Under the pieces are notes generated by a model. That model ran no database searches, was not told where the DNA came from, and was given only the letters and a program-made list of their open reading frames with translations. Positions 1-9,554 of a stretch of DNA of 32,923 bases are shown here, piece after piece; positions within the stretch are counted from its first letter, which is position 1, and the number at the start of each line of letters is the position of its first letter. The stretch is from assembly GCA_044356295.1 (NCBI GenBank), contig JBIKWN010000023.1:1-32923 (forward strand), written 5' to 3'. The DNA comes from Bdellovibrionota bacterium. Lineage in GTDB: Bacteria > Bdellovibrionota_C > UBA2361 > JBIKWN01. The position numbers and the translations under genes were made by a program.

Positions 1-784
1 TAGCTAGGTTGTCACTTGAAAGAGGTATATTTAGCTTTTTTATCTTTAAAACAAGTGCTAATAGATTTTCTTCCTTTGGGATTTCGCTAAACTCCTTACT
101 TCTTAGGAAGGTATCAATACGTTCATCTTGAAGCGCAGCATCAATCTCTAAAACCGTATTTAATGGGAGGTTGACCATACCAATATCCGCCTTTGCAACG
201 CTTCCACACATAGAGGGAAGTCCTGTGTAGATACTCCCGAGGTTATCACTTGAAAGAGGTATTTTTAGCTTTTTGATCTTTTGAACAAATGCAGAAAGCT
301 TTTCATCCCTATGAATATCATTGAATTCATCTGAGTCAAAGTATCTTGTAACTTCTTCATTGTGAAGACACCGACGAAGGTTGATAAAATCAGAAAGTGT
401 AAGATCTACTTTTTTAATCGAGGAAAAACATTTTTTTACCTTTGATAAGAATGTCGAAAAATTAACTGTTCCAATATTAATATCATTGTGAACAAGATAT
501 TCTAATAACTCTCGATGTGGGTCGTTACTTTTAGCGAGCCGCATTTCTAAAAGATCATCTGCAGCTATTCTGGCTATCGCAGCATCTAGAAGTTTTTTAT
601 TTCCTTTTTGATGTGACAACCATTTATCAATAGCTTCTCCATTAGTAATAAAAAACTCAAATGATGGATCGCTTTTTAATGATTGGTCATGATGACCGCC
701 AATGCTTATTGATAACTCAGGAAATTCAGAAAGCTCAGGAAGCTTGGAACTTCTTTTTGGTGAAACTTGAGTAGCCCCCGACAT
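1..784 (-). CDS. Hypothetical protein with ~78-aa internal repeats (partial, runs off the left edge)
   Basis: Manual translation from ATG at 784 is open to base 1 (MSGATQVSPKRSSKLPELSEF...). KIKKLKIPLSSDNL and KIKKLNIPLSSDNL recur 234 nt apart. Absent from the ORF track because its stop lies outside the window. Confidence 0.8.
   Translation of the reverse strand, partial: MSGATQVSPKRSSKLPELSEFPELSISIGGHHDQSLKSDPSFEFFITNGEAIDKWLSHQKGNKKLLDAAIARIAADDLLEMRLAKSNDPHRELLEYLVHNDINIGTVNFSTFLSKVKKCFSSIKKVDLTLSDFINLRRCLHNEEVTRYFDSDEFNDIHRDEKLSAFVQKIKKLKIPLSSDNLGSIYTGLPSMCGSVAKADIGMVNLPLNTVLEIDAALQDERIDTFLRSKEFSEIPKEENLLALVLKIKKLNIPLSSDNLA
7..281. repeat. Intragenic direct repeat, copies at 7-47 and 241-281 (38/41 nt identical, 234-nt period)
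   Basis: ggttgtcacttgaaagaggtatatttagcttttttatcttt vs ggttatcacttgaaagaggtatttttagctttttgatcttt. Confidence 0.9.
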
Positions 785-963
785 ACTGCTGACCTAAATG
801 AAAATTGATTCAATACGATCTTTACATCGCTAACGGCTTAGCCCTTTGCCTCAATTAGTCGATAACGGTGATATGCTCTTGATGGGCAAGTTGTTGTATA
901 ACTACGTATGCCCGATGTGGGTCAATTTATGGGTTACTGACGAAAAAGATTTTACCAGTATTA

Positions 964-1365
964 TCAACCCCTTACCCGGTAGCTACTCCAACTCACCTGC
1001 CCTTCTTCAACAAGTTTTTTAAGCTTTTTCTGAGATTCTGATAATTTTGAATTGCCGCTTTTGACTTCAATAAAGGTAATCCCCTCATCTGGATCAAAAT
1101 AGATAAAATCAATTGGTTGTCCGATAAATTGCAGTGAGGTGCCAGGTTTTTGAATATCAACAGGGAAATCATCTAATAGAGGCGCAATGGATTCTACGAC
1201 TCTTCCAACACGAACTTCTGAACTTTTTTTCTGATGTAAAATCTTTTCTACTTCTTTATCAAATGAGAAAAGATACCACGCGATTCTTCTTCCAAAAATA
1301 AAAAGCAAAACAACAATAAGTCCTAGTAAAACATAGACTCCTTCTGTTGTAAGATAGTCAGACAT
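964..1365 (-). CDS. Holliday junction resolvase-like PD-(D/E)xK endonuclease (Endonuc_Holl family) with N-terminal membrane anchor
   Basis: N-terminal hydrophobic helix; motifs GRVVESIAP, FIGQPIDFIYF, FIEVKSG, LSESQKKLK typical of this family. Confidence 0.8.
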   Translation of the reverse strand: MSDYLTTEGVYVLLGLIVVLLFIFGRRIAWYLFSFDKEVEKILHQKKSSEVRVGRVVESIAPLLDDFPVDIQKPGTSLQFIGQPIDFIYFDPDEGITFIEVKSGNSKLSESQKKLKKLVEEGQVSWSSYRVRG

Positions 1366-1369
1366 ACTG

Positions 1370-2077
1370 TTAGATTTTTTTCAGTGCACCACCAGGCTGC
1401 ATTTCAAAACTTACATCAAGGCGACTTGCTAGTTGCATTGAGTGAGTTACCACAATCATTAAATTATGAAGGCGCTGATTCATTGAACGCAGTATCTCGA
1501 ATACACTCTCGGCGTTTTTCTGATCTAGATTTCCTGTCGGCTCATCCAACAGTATTAAGCTTGGATTTAGGCTTAGTGCTCTGGCAATTGCTACCCGTTG
1601 CTGTTCACCACCAGAGAGCATTCGTGGAAGGTGTGATGCTCGGTCATATAAACCTACAGCATCCAACAGAAGTAGCGCTTCTTTCTGTGCTGCTGCATCG
1701 CTCTTTCCTGCAATTACTAAAGGCATAGCAACATTTTCAACTGCAGAAAATTCTGGAAGCAGATGATGAAACTGAAACACAAATCCAATTTTTGATCCTC
1801 GAAAATTAGATAACGTATCACCACTTAATGCAGATAATTCAGTGTCATCAAAAAAGATCGAACCTGTATTTGGTTTATCAAGTCCTCCTAAAAGTTGAAG
1901 AAGCGTTGATTTACCGACACCAGAACTTCCGACGATCCCGACTAATCCTTTTTCTGGGAAAAGAAAATTTACGTCGTCGATTACTTTTAGCTCTCGCAAA
2001 GATTTCTGTTCTACCGACTTAGCTAGTTCACTGCCATCTTGGTAGCTTTTTGAAAGATTTATAAGTTCTAGCCTCAT
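1370..2077 (-). CDS. lolD: Lipoprotein-releasing ABC transporter ATP-binding protein
   Basis: Walker A GSSGVGKS, GFVFQFHHLLPEFSAVENV, LSGGEQQRVAIARAL, DEPTGNLD; overlaps the lolC/E stop (ATGA). Confidence 0.93.
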   Translation of the reverse strand: MRLELINLSKSYQDGSELAKSVEQKSLRELKVIDDVNFLFPEKGLVGIVGSSGVGKSTLLQLLGGLDKPNTGSIFFDDTELSALSGDTLSNFRGSKIGFVFQFHHLLPEFSAVENVAMPLVIAGKSDAAAQKEALLLLDAVGLYDRASHLPRMLSGGEQQRVAIARALSLNPSLILLDEPTGNLDQKNAESVFEILRSMNQRLHNLMIVVTHSMQLASRLDVSFEMQPGGALKKI

Positions 2078-3354
2078 GAACGAAGTACCTCGCTTGGATG
2101 GAGGCTGCTCGCCCTCTTTGCAGGATAGAGCGTTGCCAAAAGACAGATAAGAAATGAAGCAAGCCCAACAACAAAAAAGTTAAACGGAATAATTCGTATT
2201 GGAACTTGGCTCATCTGAAAAATTCTTTCATCAAGAGGAAATCCATATACTTGCAAAACTTTACAGCCAATAAATGCAAGGATTAAACCAGAAACAGTTC
2301 CGATTGCACCGATTACTGCGCCTTGCATCTGAAAAATTCGCCGTACACTTTTATCAGTTGCACCAAGCGTCTTTAAAACTGCTATATCTTTTCTCTTTTC
2401 AAGGACAATCATTACTAAGGTACTAATAATTGAAAAACTTGCTAGGACAACGAGTAAAAGTAAGACAATAAAGTAAACTCGTTTTTCTAGTCTAATTGCT
2501 TCCCAAAGCGGTTTGTTTTGTTCAGTCCAGTCTTGTGCATAAAACTGACCTTCAAAATCATTCAACGCTTCCATAATGTTTTTAGTGATGATTTGCGACC
2601 TATCAATATTCTTAATACGAACTTCAAGCCCGTTGACGCCGTATCCAAGTTTAAAAAACTTTTGGGATTCAACCATGTCAACGTACGCTACACCTGATTC
2701 GTATTCGACTAGTCCTGAATTATACGTACCAACGATGACAAATCTTCGAAACTTCGGAACAAGCCCAAGAGGTGTCGATGTAACATTACTAGAAAGAAGC
2801 GAGATAACCTGCCCTGATACAAGTCCATATGAGCGTGACAATTCTTTTCCTACCAAAATCCCAGGAAGGTTTATCATCTCGGTTTTGCCATCTTCATCCA
2901 TTATCTCAACTGGTTTTGGATGAAAAAGATCTTCAGTTGCTGTTGGAAATTGTTTTGTGTACCCGTCTAGTTCTTGCGTGCTGCCACTATTGGGTGTAAT
3001 CCCGCGTATCAAAAGACCGACTGATTTATTATCAATTTTTATCAGCGCTTGGTTATAGGTAAAAGGGGAAACCGAAACTACTTCATCAATTTTTTCGAGA
3101 CGTGATTTTATCTTTTCCCACTCCGAAAGACTGCCTGCAACTTGCCGCACAACGACATGAGAATTCGCACCAACAATTTTTTCTTTAAGCTCTGACTCGA
3201 ATCCAGTCATAATTGCCATGGTGATATTAAGGACAGTCACACCAAGTGCAACGCCAATAATAGATATAATGGTAAGAATCGTAATAAACGCTTCACCTCT
3301 TCGTGACCAAAGATAGCGAAGTGCAATTTTTTTACTAAATTCGAAGCTGCTCAA
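2074..3354 (-). CDS. lolE: Lipoprotein-releasing ABC transporter permease (LolC/LolE family)
   Basis: IALRYL start, TM1 followed by AIMTGFESELKEKI, periplasmic domain, C-terminal FtsX-type TMs (EKRKDIAVLKTLGA, LYPAKRAS); TTG start. Confidence 0.9.
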   Translation of the reverse strand: MSSFEFSKKIALRYLWSRRGEAFITILTIISIIGVALGVTVLNITMAIMTGFESELKEKIVGANSHVVVRQVAGSLSEWEKIKSRLEKIDEVVSVSPFTYNQALIKIDNKSVGLLIRGITPNSGSTQELDGYTKQFPTATEDLFHPKPVEIMDEDGKTEMINLPGILVGKELSRSYGLVSGQVISLLSSNVTSTPLGLVPKFRRFVIVGTYNSGLVEYESGVAYVDMVESQKFFKLGYGVNGLEVRIKNIDRSQIITKNIMEALNDFEGQFYAQDWTEQNKPLWEAIRLEKRVYFIVLLLLVVLASFSIISTLVMIVLEKRKDIAVLKTLGATDKSVRRIFQMQGAVIGAIGTVSGLILAFIGCKVLQVYGFPLDERIFQMSQVPIRIIPFNFFVVGLASFLICLLATLYPAKRASSLHPSEVLRS

Positions 3355-3370
3355 TTGTATCGTCTCAAAA

Positions 3371-4837
3371 CTAACTTTCAGGTTTTAACTGCGGAAACAG
3401 CAAAACGTCCCTAATAGTTTGACAGTTCGTAAGCAGCATCACCAGACGGTCAATACCGATCCCCTCTCCTGCTGTTGGTGGTAACCCAATTTCAAGGGCT
3501 TTCAAGAAATCTTCGTCTACATCAGAAGCCTCTTCATCACCTTTCTCTTTTCTTGCAGCTTGGGCTTCAAAACGTTCACGCTGATCTTGGGCATCATTAA
3601 GCTCTGAGAAAGCATTCGCTATCTCCATTCCCGCGATGATGAGCTCAAATCTATCAGTAACCTCAGGGTCGCCTTTGGTTCTGCGAGCAAGTGGAGATAT
3701 CGAATACGGATGATGAGTAATAAATGTTGGATTAATACATTTTGGTTCAACAAGCTCACCCCAAAGGGCTTCGAGGCATCGTCCCCAATCATTTTTATCA
3801 TTGAGTTGAATTTTATGTTCAGCTGCAACTTTATGGATTGAAGCTAAATCTCGCAGATTGACCTCTTTAGAAACCCCACCGATAACATGGATACTTTCCT
3901 GCATTGAAAGCCGTGGCCATGGACCTTTGAAATCTACGGTTTCTTCACAGTACTGAATCTGTAAAGAATCATTCACTAACAAACAAAGACTTGTTAGTAA
4001 CTCTTCAGTCAGATTCATGAGGTCATGAAACGTTGCATAGGCTTGATAAAACTCAATCGAAGTAAATTCAGGATTATGTTTTTTTGAAAGTCCTTCATTA
4101 CGAAAAATTCGTCCGATCTCGTAGACCCTATCAAGACCACCAACCACAAGTTTTTTTAGTGGAAGCTCTGTAGCGATACGTAGATACATATCAACACCAA
4201 GAGCATTATGATGAGTTTTAAACGGTTTAGCTGTTGCTCCTCCTGCAATACTTTGAAGCGTTGGTGTATCAACTTCTAAGTAATTACGAGAATCTAAAAA
4301 GGTTCGGATAGCAGTAATAATTTTAGCTCGTTTTCTAAAAATTTCTCGCCCTTCATAGTTTGAGATGAGATCTAGATATCGATGTCTGTATCGACTTTCA
4401 ACATCGGTAAGCCCCGCCCATTTCTCTGGAAGAGTATGAAGCGCTTTTGTTAGTAACCGAATTTTTTCAACATGCAGAGTTTTTTCACCTGTTTTCGTAA
4501 CAAACAAAAATCCGTGTGCTTCTACAATGTCACCTAGATCATAGGTTTTAAACTGTTCGAACGCTTCATCACCAATATCATCTTTTCTGACATATATTTG
4601 AAACTTCGTCGAAGTATCAAGGAGGTGACAAAATGAGGCTTTCCCCATTAATCGAAAATTCACTATTCGCCCAGCAACCGAAAAGTATTGCTTTGTATCA
4701 GGGGTAAACTCAGTAGCTAAAATCTCGCTTCCAAGCGCTGTAACTTTGACATCATTAGGGTAGTCAAAGCCATTAGCTCGCAGCTGTTCAAGTTTTTCAA
4801 AACGGACTTTTTCAAAGGTATTTAATTCTTCACTCAC
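3371..4837 (-). CDS. lysS: Lysine--tRNA ligase (class II)
   Basis: OB anticodon-binding domain, [39 protein letters not shown]. Confidence 0.98.
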   Translation of the reverse strand: MSEELNTFEKVRFEKLEQLRANGFDYPNDVKVTALGSEILATEFTPDTKQYFSVAGRIVNFRLMGKASFCHLLDTSTKFQIYVRKDDIGDEAFEQFKTYDLGDIVEAHGFLFVTKTGEKTLHVEKIRLLTKALHTLPEKWAGLTDVESRYRHRYLDLISNYEGREIFRKRAKIITAIRTFLDSRNYLEVDTPTLQSIAGGATAKPFKTHHNALGVDMYLRIATELPLKKLVVGGLDRVYEIGRIFRNEGLSKKHNPEFTSIEFYQAYATFHDLMNLTEELLTSLCLLVNDSLQIQYCEETVDFKGPWPRLSMQESIHVIGGVSKEVNLRDLASIHKVAAEHKIQLNDKNDWGRCLEALWGELVEPKCINPTFITHHPYSISPLARRTKGDPEVTDRFELIIAGMEIANAFSELNDAQDQRERFEAQAARKEKGDEEASDVDEDFLKALEIGLPPTAGEGIGIDRLVMLLTNCQTIRDVLLFPQLKPES

Positions 4838-5021
4838 ACGGTAGAGATTAAAGCAAAGAGGCGGGAAAGAAAACTATTTGAAATTATTGCTAATTTTGAT
4901 TTTTCTTTACCATAAAAACTTACTCCAACACGAGCTAACCCTTCGAAATAACGTATGAATATTCATATAAATAAATATTGAAATTTTAGACTAAGAATTA
5001 GAAGGTGCGTATCATAAAGCA

Positions 5022-6989
5022 ATGCGATTTCTCCCAGTTACAGACCAGACTAAATCAAACCCTAATACTGCTTTAGAACAGACTCAGAGCGATGACATAG
5101 CTTCATTAACGCTTCCCGAACGACTAGCTAAAGTATTAACAGTACCTTTCAATGAAATACTTCCAACAGTTCAGGGTAAGGAAATAAAAGCTCCGATCGG
5201 TGCTAAAAGCGCAGATGCATTTTCCAAAAATGAAAGTCTCCCCAAATTATTTGGGAAACTTGTTATAGATTTAGCAGCAACGGACCCTAAATTATTTACT
5301 GCCCGTTTCGGTGTTGCTGTACTCTCTGCTTTTTCATGGATTGCACTTGCAAAAGCAGGAAGTACTTTTACCCATGCCTTAGCTGTCTCTGATGCAGTAA
5401 AAGGTTTTCCATTTACAGAATCATTCCAAGCAATGGGGGTTGGCGCGCTAGCAGTTATTATTAAAAAATCACAAGATTTTCTTGCTCTTGAGCATGATAA
5501 AAACATTCAAAAATATACTTTTTCAAAAATCTTAAATCTTGTCACAGGTGTTCCTGCTCATCTCATTCGTGATAAAAAATTAAGTAAAGCATTAGATGAT
5601 TTGAAACGTCATGAATTCTCATTGAAGGAACTTTCGAAAGCTAGTTTTGGAATGGTGCAAGCAGCACTAATGGCAACGATTGCCGGTATTGCATTGGCTA
5701 CTAAAAATCCCCTCCTTACTTTTATCTGTATTGGTGGTCCTGCGATACTGATGCTTATCAATCAACAAAGAGCTGCAAAACGAAACCAAGAAGCTTTTGA
5801 TAGTACGTCCCTCGATCAAAGACAAGTAAACTACGGTCGCCAAACCGCATTTAAACCTCAAGCTCTAGAGATGCTCAAATCTTTTGGAACCGTTGGCAAA
5901 TATGTTAAGGGAATAGCTGATCGAGCATCAAGAATCGAAGATACCAAACATAAAGCATCAAAAAAGAATTTTTATGAAGGCTTACTGTCAACCTCAATGT
6001 TAGAAGGTGCTGGCCTTGTGGGGGGTGGACTCTATGCAGCGCTTACGATGCCATTCACTCAATTTTTATACACCACATTTTTAATTAAAGCCGCACAGAG
6101 TGCTGTAACATTATTTTCAGATAATACAGGTGTTATTCTTGAAAAACTTGATGCTGTAAAACTATTTAATGGTTTAGCTGACCACATCGGTACATTAAAG
6201 GGTGAAAAAGTTGATGTAAATCTTACAGCGGCACCTGAAATCAAAATTAAAAATTTATCGTTTACCTATCCTGGCAAAAAAAATCCTGCGCTTGAGGTTC
6301 AAGACCTTACGATACCGAAAGGTGCCAAAGTTTATGTCTGTGGACCAAGTGGAGCCGGCAAAACGACACTTGTAAAACTCATTGCTGGATACCTCGTACC
6401 TCAAGAAGGTTCGATTCTTGTAGGTGACTTTGATACAAGAACAAATTTTGTTCATTGTGCAATCGTTCCACAGGATGGTGAGGATTTTATTGGAGCTCGA
6501 TTCAGAGACATAATCGAACTTGGAAGTACAAACGAATCTACAAGAACTTTTCATGACGCAGCCCAATTAGCAGGATTCGACCAAATACTTAGAGACATGG
6601 GTGAAAAATCACAATCTGATATTCCAGGTTCAGAGCACATTCATGGTGGTTCATTTCCGCATGGTACCGATCTGTCGGGTGGACAAAAACAAAGATTAAA
6701 AATAGCTATGGCAGCATATAGTGGTGCTCCACTTATGTTTCTTGATGAACCGTGTGCTGGACTGGATATTGATGCAACAAATGCTATTAAAAATACACTG
6801 AACGGATTCAAAGGTGAAACAACAGTCATTCACGTTGAACATAATGCAAGTGCAGGGACTGATGCAGACTTAATCATCGTCGTAGAGGAAGGAAAAATTT
6901 CTGATATAGGCACTCATGATGAGCTTATGCGCCTCGGTAATAACTACTATTCACATTCATATAACGAGCAAAAAGCTCAATTTATATAA
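5022..6989 (+). CDS. ABC exporter, fused permease and ATP-binding domain (divergent)
   Basis: N-terminal TM segments; Walker A GPSGAGKT, signature LSGGQ, Walker B LMFLDEP, H-loop VEH, GTHDELM tail. Confidence 0.88.
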   Translation: MRFLPVTDQTKSNPNTALEQTQSDDIASLTLPERLAKVLTVPFNEILPTVQGKEIKAPIGAKSADAFSKNESLPKLFGKLVIDLAATDPKLFTARFGVAVLSAFSWIALAKAGSTFTHALAVSDAVKGFPFTESFQAMGVGALAVIIKKSQDFLALEHDKNIQKYTFSKILNLVTGVPAHLIRDKKLSKALDDLKRHEFSLKELSKASFGMVQAALMATIAGIALATKNPLLTFICIGGPAILMLINQQRAAKRNQEAFDSTSLDQRQVNYGRQTAFKPQALEMLKSFGTVGKYVKGIADRASRIEDTKHKASKKNFYEGLLSTSMLEGAGLVGGGLYAALTMPFTQFLYTTFLIKAAQSAVTLFSDNTGVILEKLDAVKLFNGLADHIGTLKGEKVDVNLTAAPEIKIKNLSFTYPGKKNPALEVQDLTIPKGAKVYVCGPSGAGKTTLVKLIAGYLVPQEGSILVGDFDTRTNFVHCAIVPQDGEDFIGARFRDIIELGSTNESTRTFHDAAQLAGFDQILRDMGEKSQSDIPGSEHIHGGSFPHGTDLSGGQKQRLKIAMAAYSGAPLMFLDEPCAGLDIDATNAIKNTLNGFKGETTVIHVEHNASAGTDADLIIVVEEGKISDIGTHDELMRLGNNYYSHSYNEQKAQFI

Positions 6990-6998
6990 TCTCTAGAG

Positions 6999-8309
6999 TT
7001 ACTCATTTATGAAAGCTTTATTCTGAAGTTCTTCAGGTGCACTTTGACATGCGCCGGCGTAGGCACAGTTTGAACATATCGTAGCCATTCCCTTTTTCGA
7101 CATTCTTGCATCATCCCAATGTGTCAAAAAATCTTCTTGATTGAATGTTATTTCACCATCATGAATGGTAAATGCTTTTCTGAGCTCTCTTACGTTATCT
7201 TCAATCTGTAAACTCACTAAGTTTAATGAAGCGCTATCAAACGCAATTACCGTCGTACGTTCTTCAAGACTTAATGATGCATCAGGAGAAGTATAGACAA
7301 ATTTCGCTTCAATATCTGCTGGCGTAAGATCCTTGTGTTTTTGCATCATGTAGTGAGAATAGATTCCACCCTGTAATGCATGTTTACTTATCAAAAACGG
7401 GCTTAGTCTTCTTTCATTTCTGTCCAGTCGCATTGCACCAGTTTTCCAGTCATAGATTTCCAATCGTCTATCACCTTCTATAGGAATATTTTCAGTTGAA
7501 TGAAAATATGAAAAATCGATGCCTGCATAAATTGTTACAGGAATTCCATCTACTTCTTGTAAAAAAGTTGGTACAGATTGGACTTCATAATCTTCATCCA
7601 GTTCGACATCCGCCCAATATTCAGGAGAAACGGATCCTTTTATAATTTGAGGGATAAAAATATCACGATAAAAAATCGTTAGTGAGTTTCTAATTTTTTC
7701 CTCCGCCTCAAGAAACTTTTCATCAAAATGCATCTGGCGAAAGCGGTTTTCAAATTGATGCTCAATTAATCTGAAATGTTGGGCGGAATCCCGAAATGTT
7801 GCTCCGTGACTTAGCGACACTTCTCGGTATGTTCGAAATCTTTTAATTGCTTCTTCAATAACATCTTCAAACTGAAGATTATTATTTGTTACTGATTCTT
7901 TTATCGCACTGTACACTGGATCTTTATAATCAGGGCTCGCAACTGCTCGGGTATAATCTCTCCAAACAAACAATGAATGAGCGATAATATTATGAACTAA
8001 TGTACCAACGAGTAGTGGCAAGGAATTTAAACTTTTACCTCTGGATATATATTTTGTAAGTTCATCTGCCTCTGGATGGTCGGCACCATACGATGCTGGT
8101 CCACCAAAATACCATGATTGCCTTTGACATAATGGCTCTGCTCTTGAAAATGACCAGCTACTTTTATAACTTTCAATGCCATCAATCCGGTACTCGTCAA
8201 GACTTTTGCCTTCGAAACGAGAAGACACACGAAGAGGACGAACATATTGAGGACCAATGACATGTCCAAATTCATTATTCTCTTGATTTTTATTAAGATC
8301 TACGTTCAT
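6999..8309 (-). CDS. PD-(D/E)xK nuclease, Cas4/AddB/RecB-like, probably Fe-S binding
   Basis: SFS...CQRQ (first Cys), GTLVHNII, AGIDF (motif II), IYDWKTG (motif III), QGGIY, C-terminal CSNCAYAGAC (CxxC-x5-C). Confidence 0.85.
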   Translation of the reverse strand: MNVDLNKNQENNEFGHVIGPQYVRPLRVSSRFEGKSLDEYRIDGIESYKSSWSFSRAEPLCQRQSWYFGGPASYGADHPEADELTKYISRGKSLNSLPLLVGTLVHNIIAHSLFVWRDYTRAVASPDYKDPVYSAIKESVTNNNLQFEDVIEEAIKRFRTYREVSLSHGATFRDSAQHFRLIEHQFENRFRQMHFDEKFLEAEEKIRNSLTIFYRDIFIPQIIKGSVSPEYWADVELDEDYEVQSVPTFLQEVDGIPVTIYAGIDFSYFHSTENIPIEGDRRLEIYDWKTGAMRLDRNERRLSPFLISKHALQGGIYSHYMMQKHKDLTPADIEAKFVYTSPDASLSLEERTTVIAFDSASLNLVSLQIEDNVRELRKAFTIHDGEITFNQEDFLTHWDDARMSKKGMATICSNCAYAGACQSAPEELQNKAFINE

Positions 8310-9553
8310 GGCTTTTTCTCGGTTACGACGCCAGCTATTGAATAATTATCTTGGTACGGATCAGTATCAACAAGAATACTAAATGGTGTTCCTCTTTTTG
8401 TTTCTTCTGTAATTAATCCTAAAATATTTTCAGGACATTGAAAGGTGCATTTCTCGCCAGACTTTCCAATCAGTTCTACTTTCAGACAGGCAGCATCAAT
8501 TTTATTCACAACAAGTGCAGGAATAATCGCTATCGGTGCTCTGCGACCTTTTCCAAAGAAATGATATCGTTTAAGTGATTCTTTCATCTGATGATGAAGT
8601 TCATTTAGACTACAAACAATTGTTGGAGATGGCATAGCGTCTGTTTGAAGTGTAACAGTCATGTCGCGCAATGCGTTAAAAAGAATTTTACTTCGTTCAA
8701 GGTTAGTTTCATTAAAAAACGACACAACCTTGGCAGACTCTCCAGCTATTACCGCATAAGCAACTACTTCGGCGATTTGTTTCAGAAGATAAAAGTTCTC
8801 TACCTCTTTTCCGAGTGAGGATTTTACAGATTGAATCCACACTGGAGCCGACTTCATATTAGTATTTAATATTCGTAAAGATGCTTCAATAAAAGATCCA
8901 GAAACTTCATCAATTTTTCTTGTTGAGGATAAAATTCCCAATGCTCCACATAGTATTGATGTTGAGTCAGATACTTTTAACGATTGAGGAATTGTTTTTT
9001 GGCGGAATTTATTTATTGCAGACTTTTCGGCAAGCGATAGTATTTCTGTATTATTTTGGCGAAGTCTATACCCATCATCTTTCTGCGAAAATGCAATCTG
9101 ATTGTTTGTTGTACCTATGATTCCCGTAAATGTCTTGCTCGGTGCTTCGAAAAAACTACCACTATAATGAGCTATAAAGATATTTGGATCTAACTGTGAC
9201 TTTTCAATATCATCCATAAAAAGCACAAGCACCCGTAACTGCTTTTGCTGCCAATTTTGACACTCATGGTAAAGAGCAAATAAAGCATCAGCAGATTTTT
9301 CAACAACGAGAACAATATCTCTTTGCTCAGCAATTACTTTTCTTATGGAATCTTGTGATAAAGAAGTTCTGAAATTGGGAAACTTAAGTTCTGGTGGGCA
9401 TGCAAACGCATCGGGAAGAGAAACTCCGTTTAGAGCTTGCTGTATTCTGATATCAACGGGAGATCCAAAATTTCCCGTTTTTAAGTAATACTCTATGGTT
9501 TGTTGTAAATCTTCAGTCCAATTATGAACAGAAGACGGAGCAAGGACACTCAT
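8306..9553 (-). CDS. Hypothetical protein (415 aa), middle gene of the helicase/nuclease operon
   Basis: Long ORF; starts 1 nt after the upstream stop and overlaps the downstream start (ATGA at 8306-8309); no recognisable catalytic motif. Confidence 0.75.
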   Translation of the reverse strand: MSVLAPSSVHNWTEDLQQTIEYYLKTGNFGSPVDIRIQQALNGVSLPDAFACPPELKFPNFRTSLSQDSIRKVIAEQRDIVLVVEKSADALFALYHECQNWQQKQLRVLVLFMDDIEKSQLDPNIFIAHYSGSFFEAPSKTFTGIIGTTNNQIAFSQKDDGYRLRQNNTEILSLAEKSAINKFRQKTIPQSLKVSDSTSILCGALGILSSTRKIDEVSGSFIEASLRILNTNMKSAPVWIQSVKSSLGKEVENFYLLKQIAEVVAYAVIAGESAKVVSFFNETNLERSKILFNALRDMTVTLQTDAMPSPTIVCSLNELHHQMKESLKRYHFFGKGRRAPIAIIPALVVNKIDAACLKVELIGKSGEKCTFQCPENILGLITEETKRGTPFSILVDTDPYQDNYSIAGVVTEKKP

Positions 9554-9554
9554 G

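Noticed and set aside
1384..2923. Plus-strand ORFs 1384-1728, 1828-2022 and 2576-2923
   Set aside because: Antisense to lolD and lolE; spurious shadow ORFs.
6999..8309. CRISPR-Cas locus suggested by the Cas4-like gene
   Set aside because: No cas1, cas2 or other cas genes and no repeat-spacer array are visible in the window.
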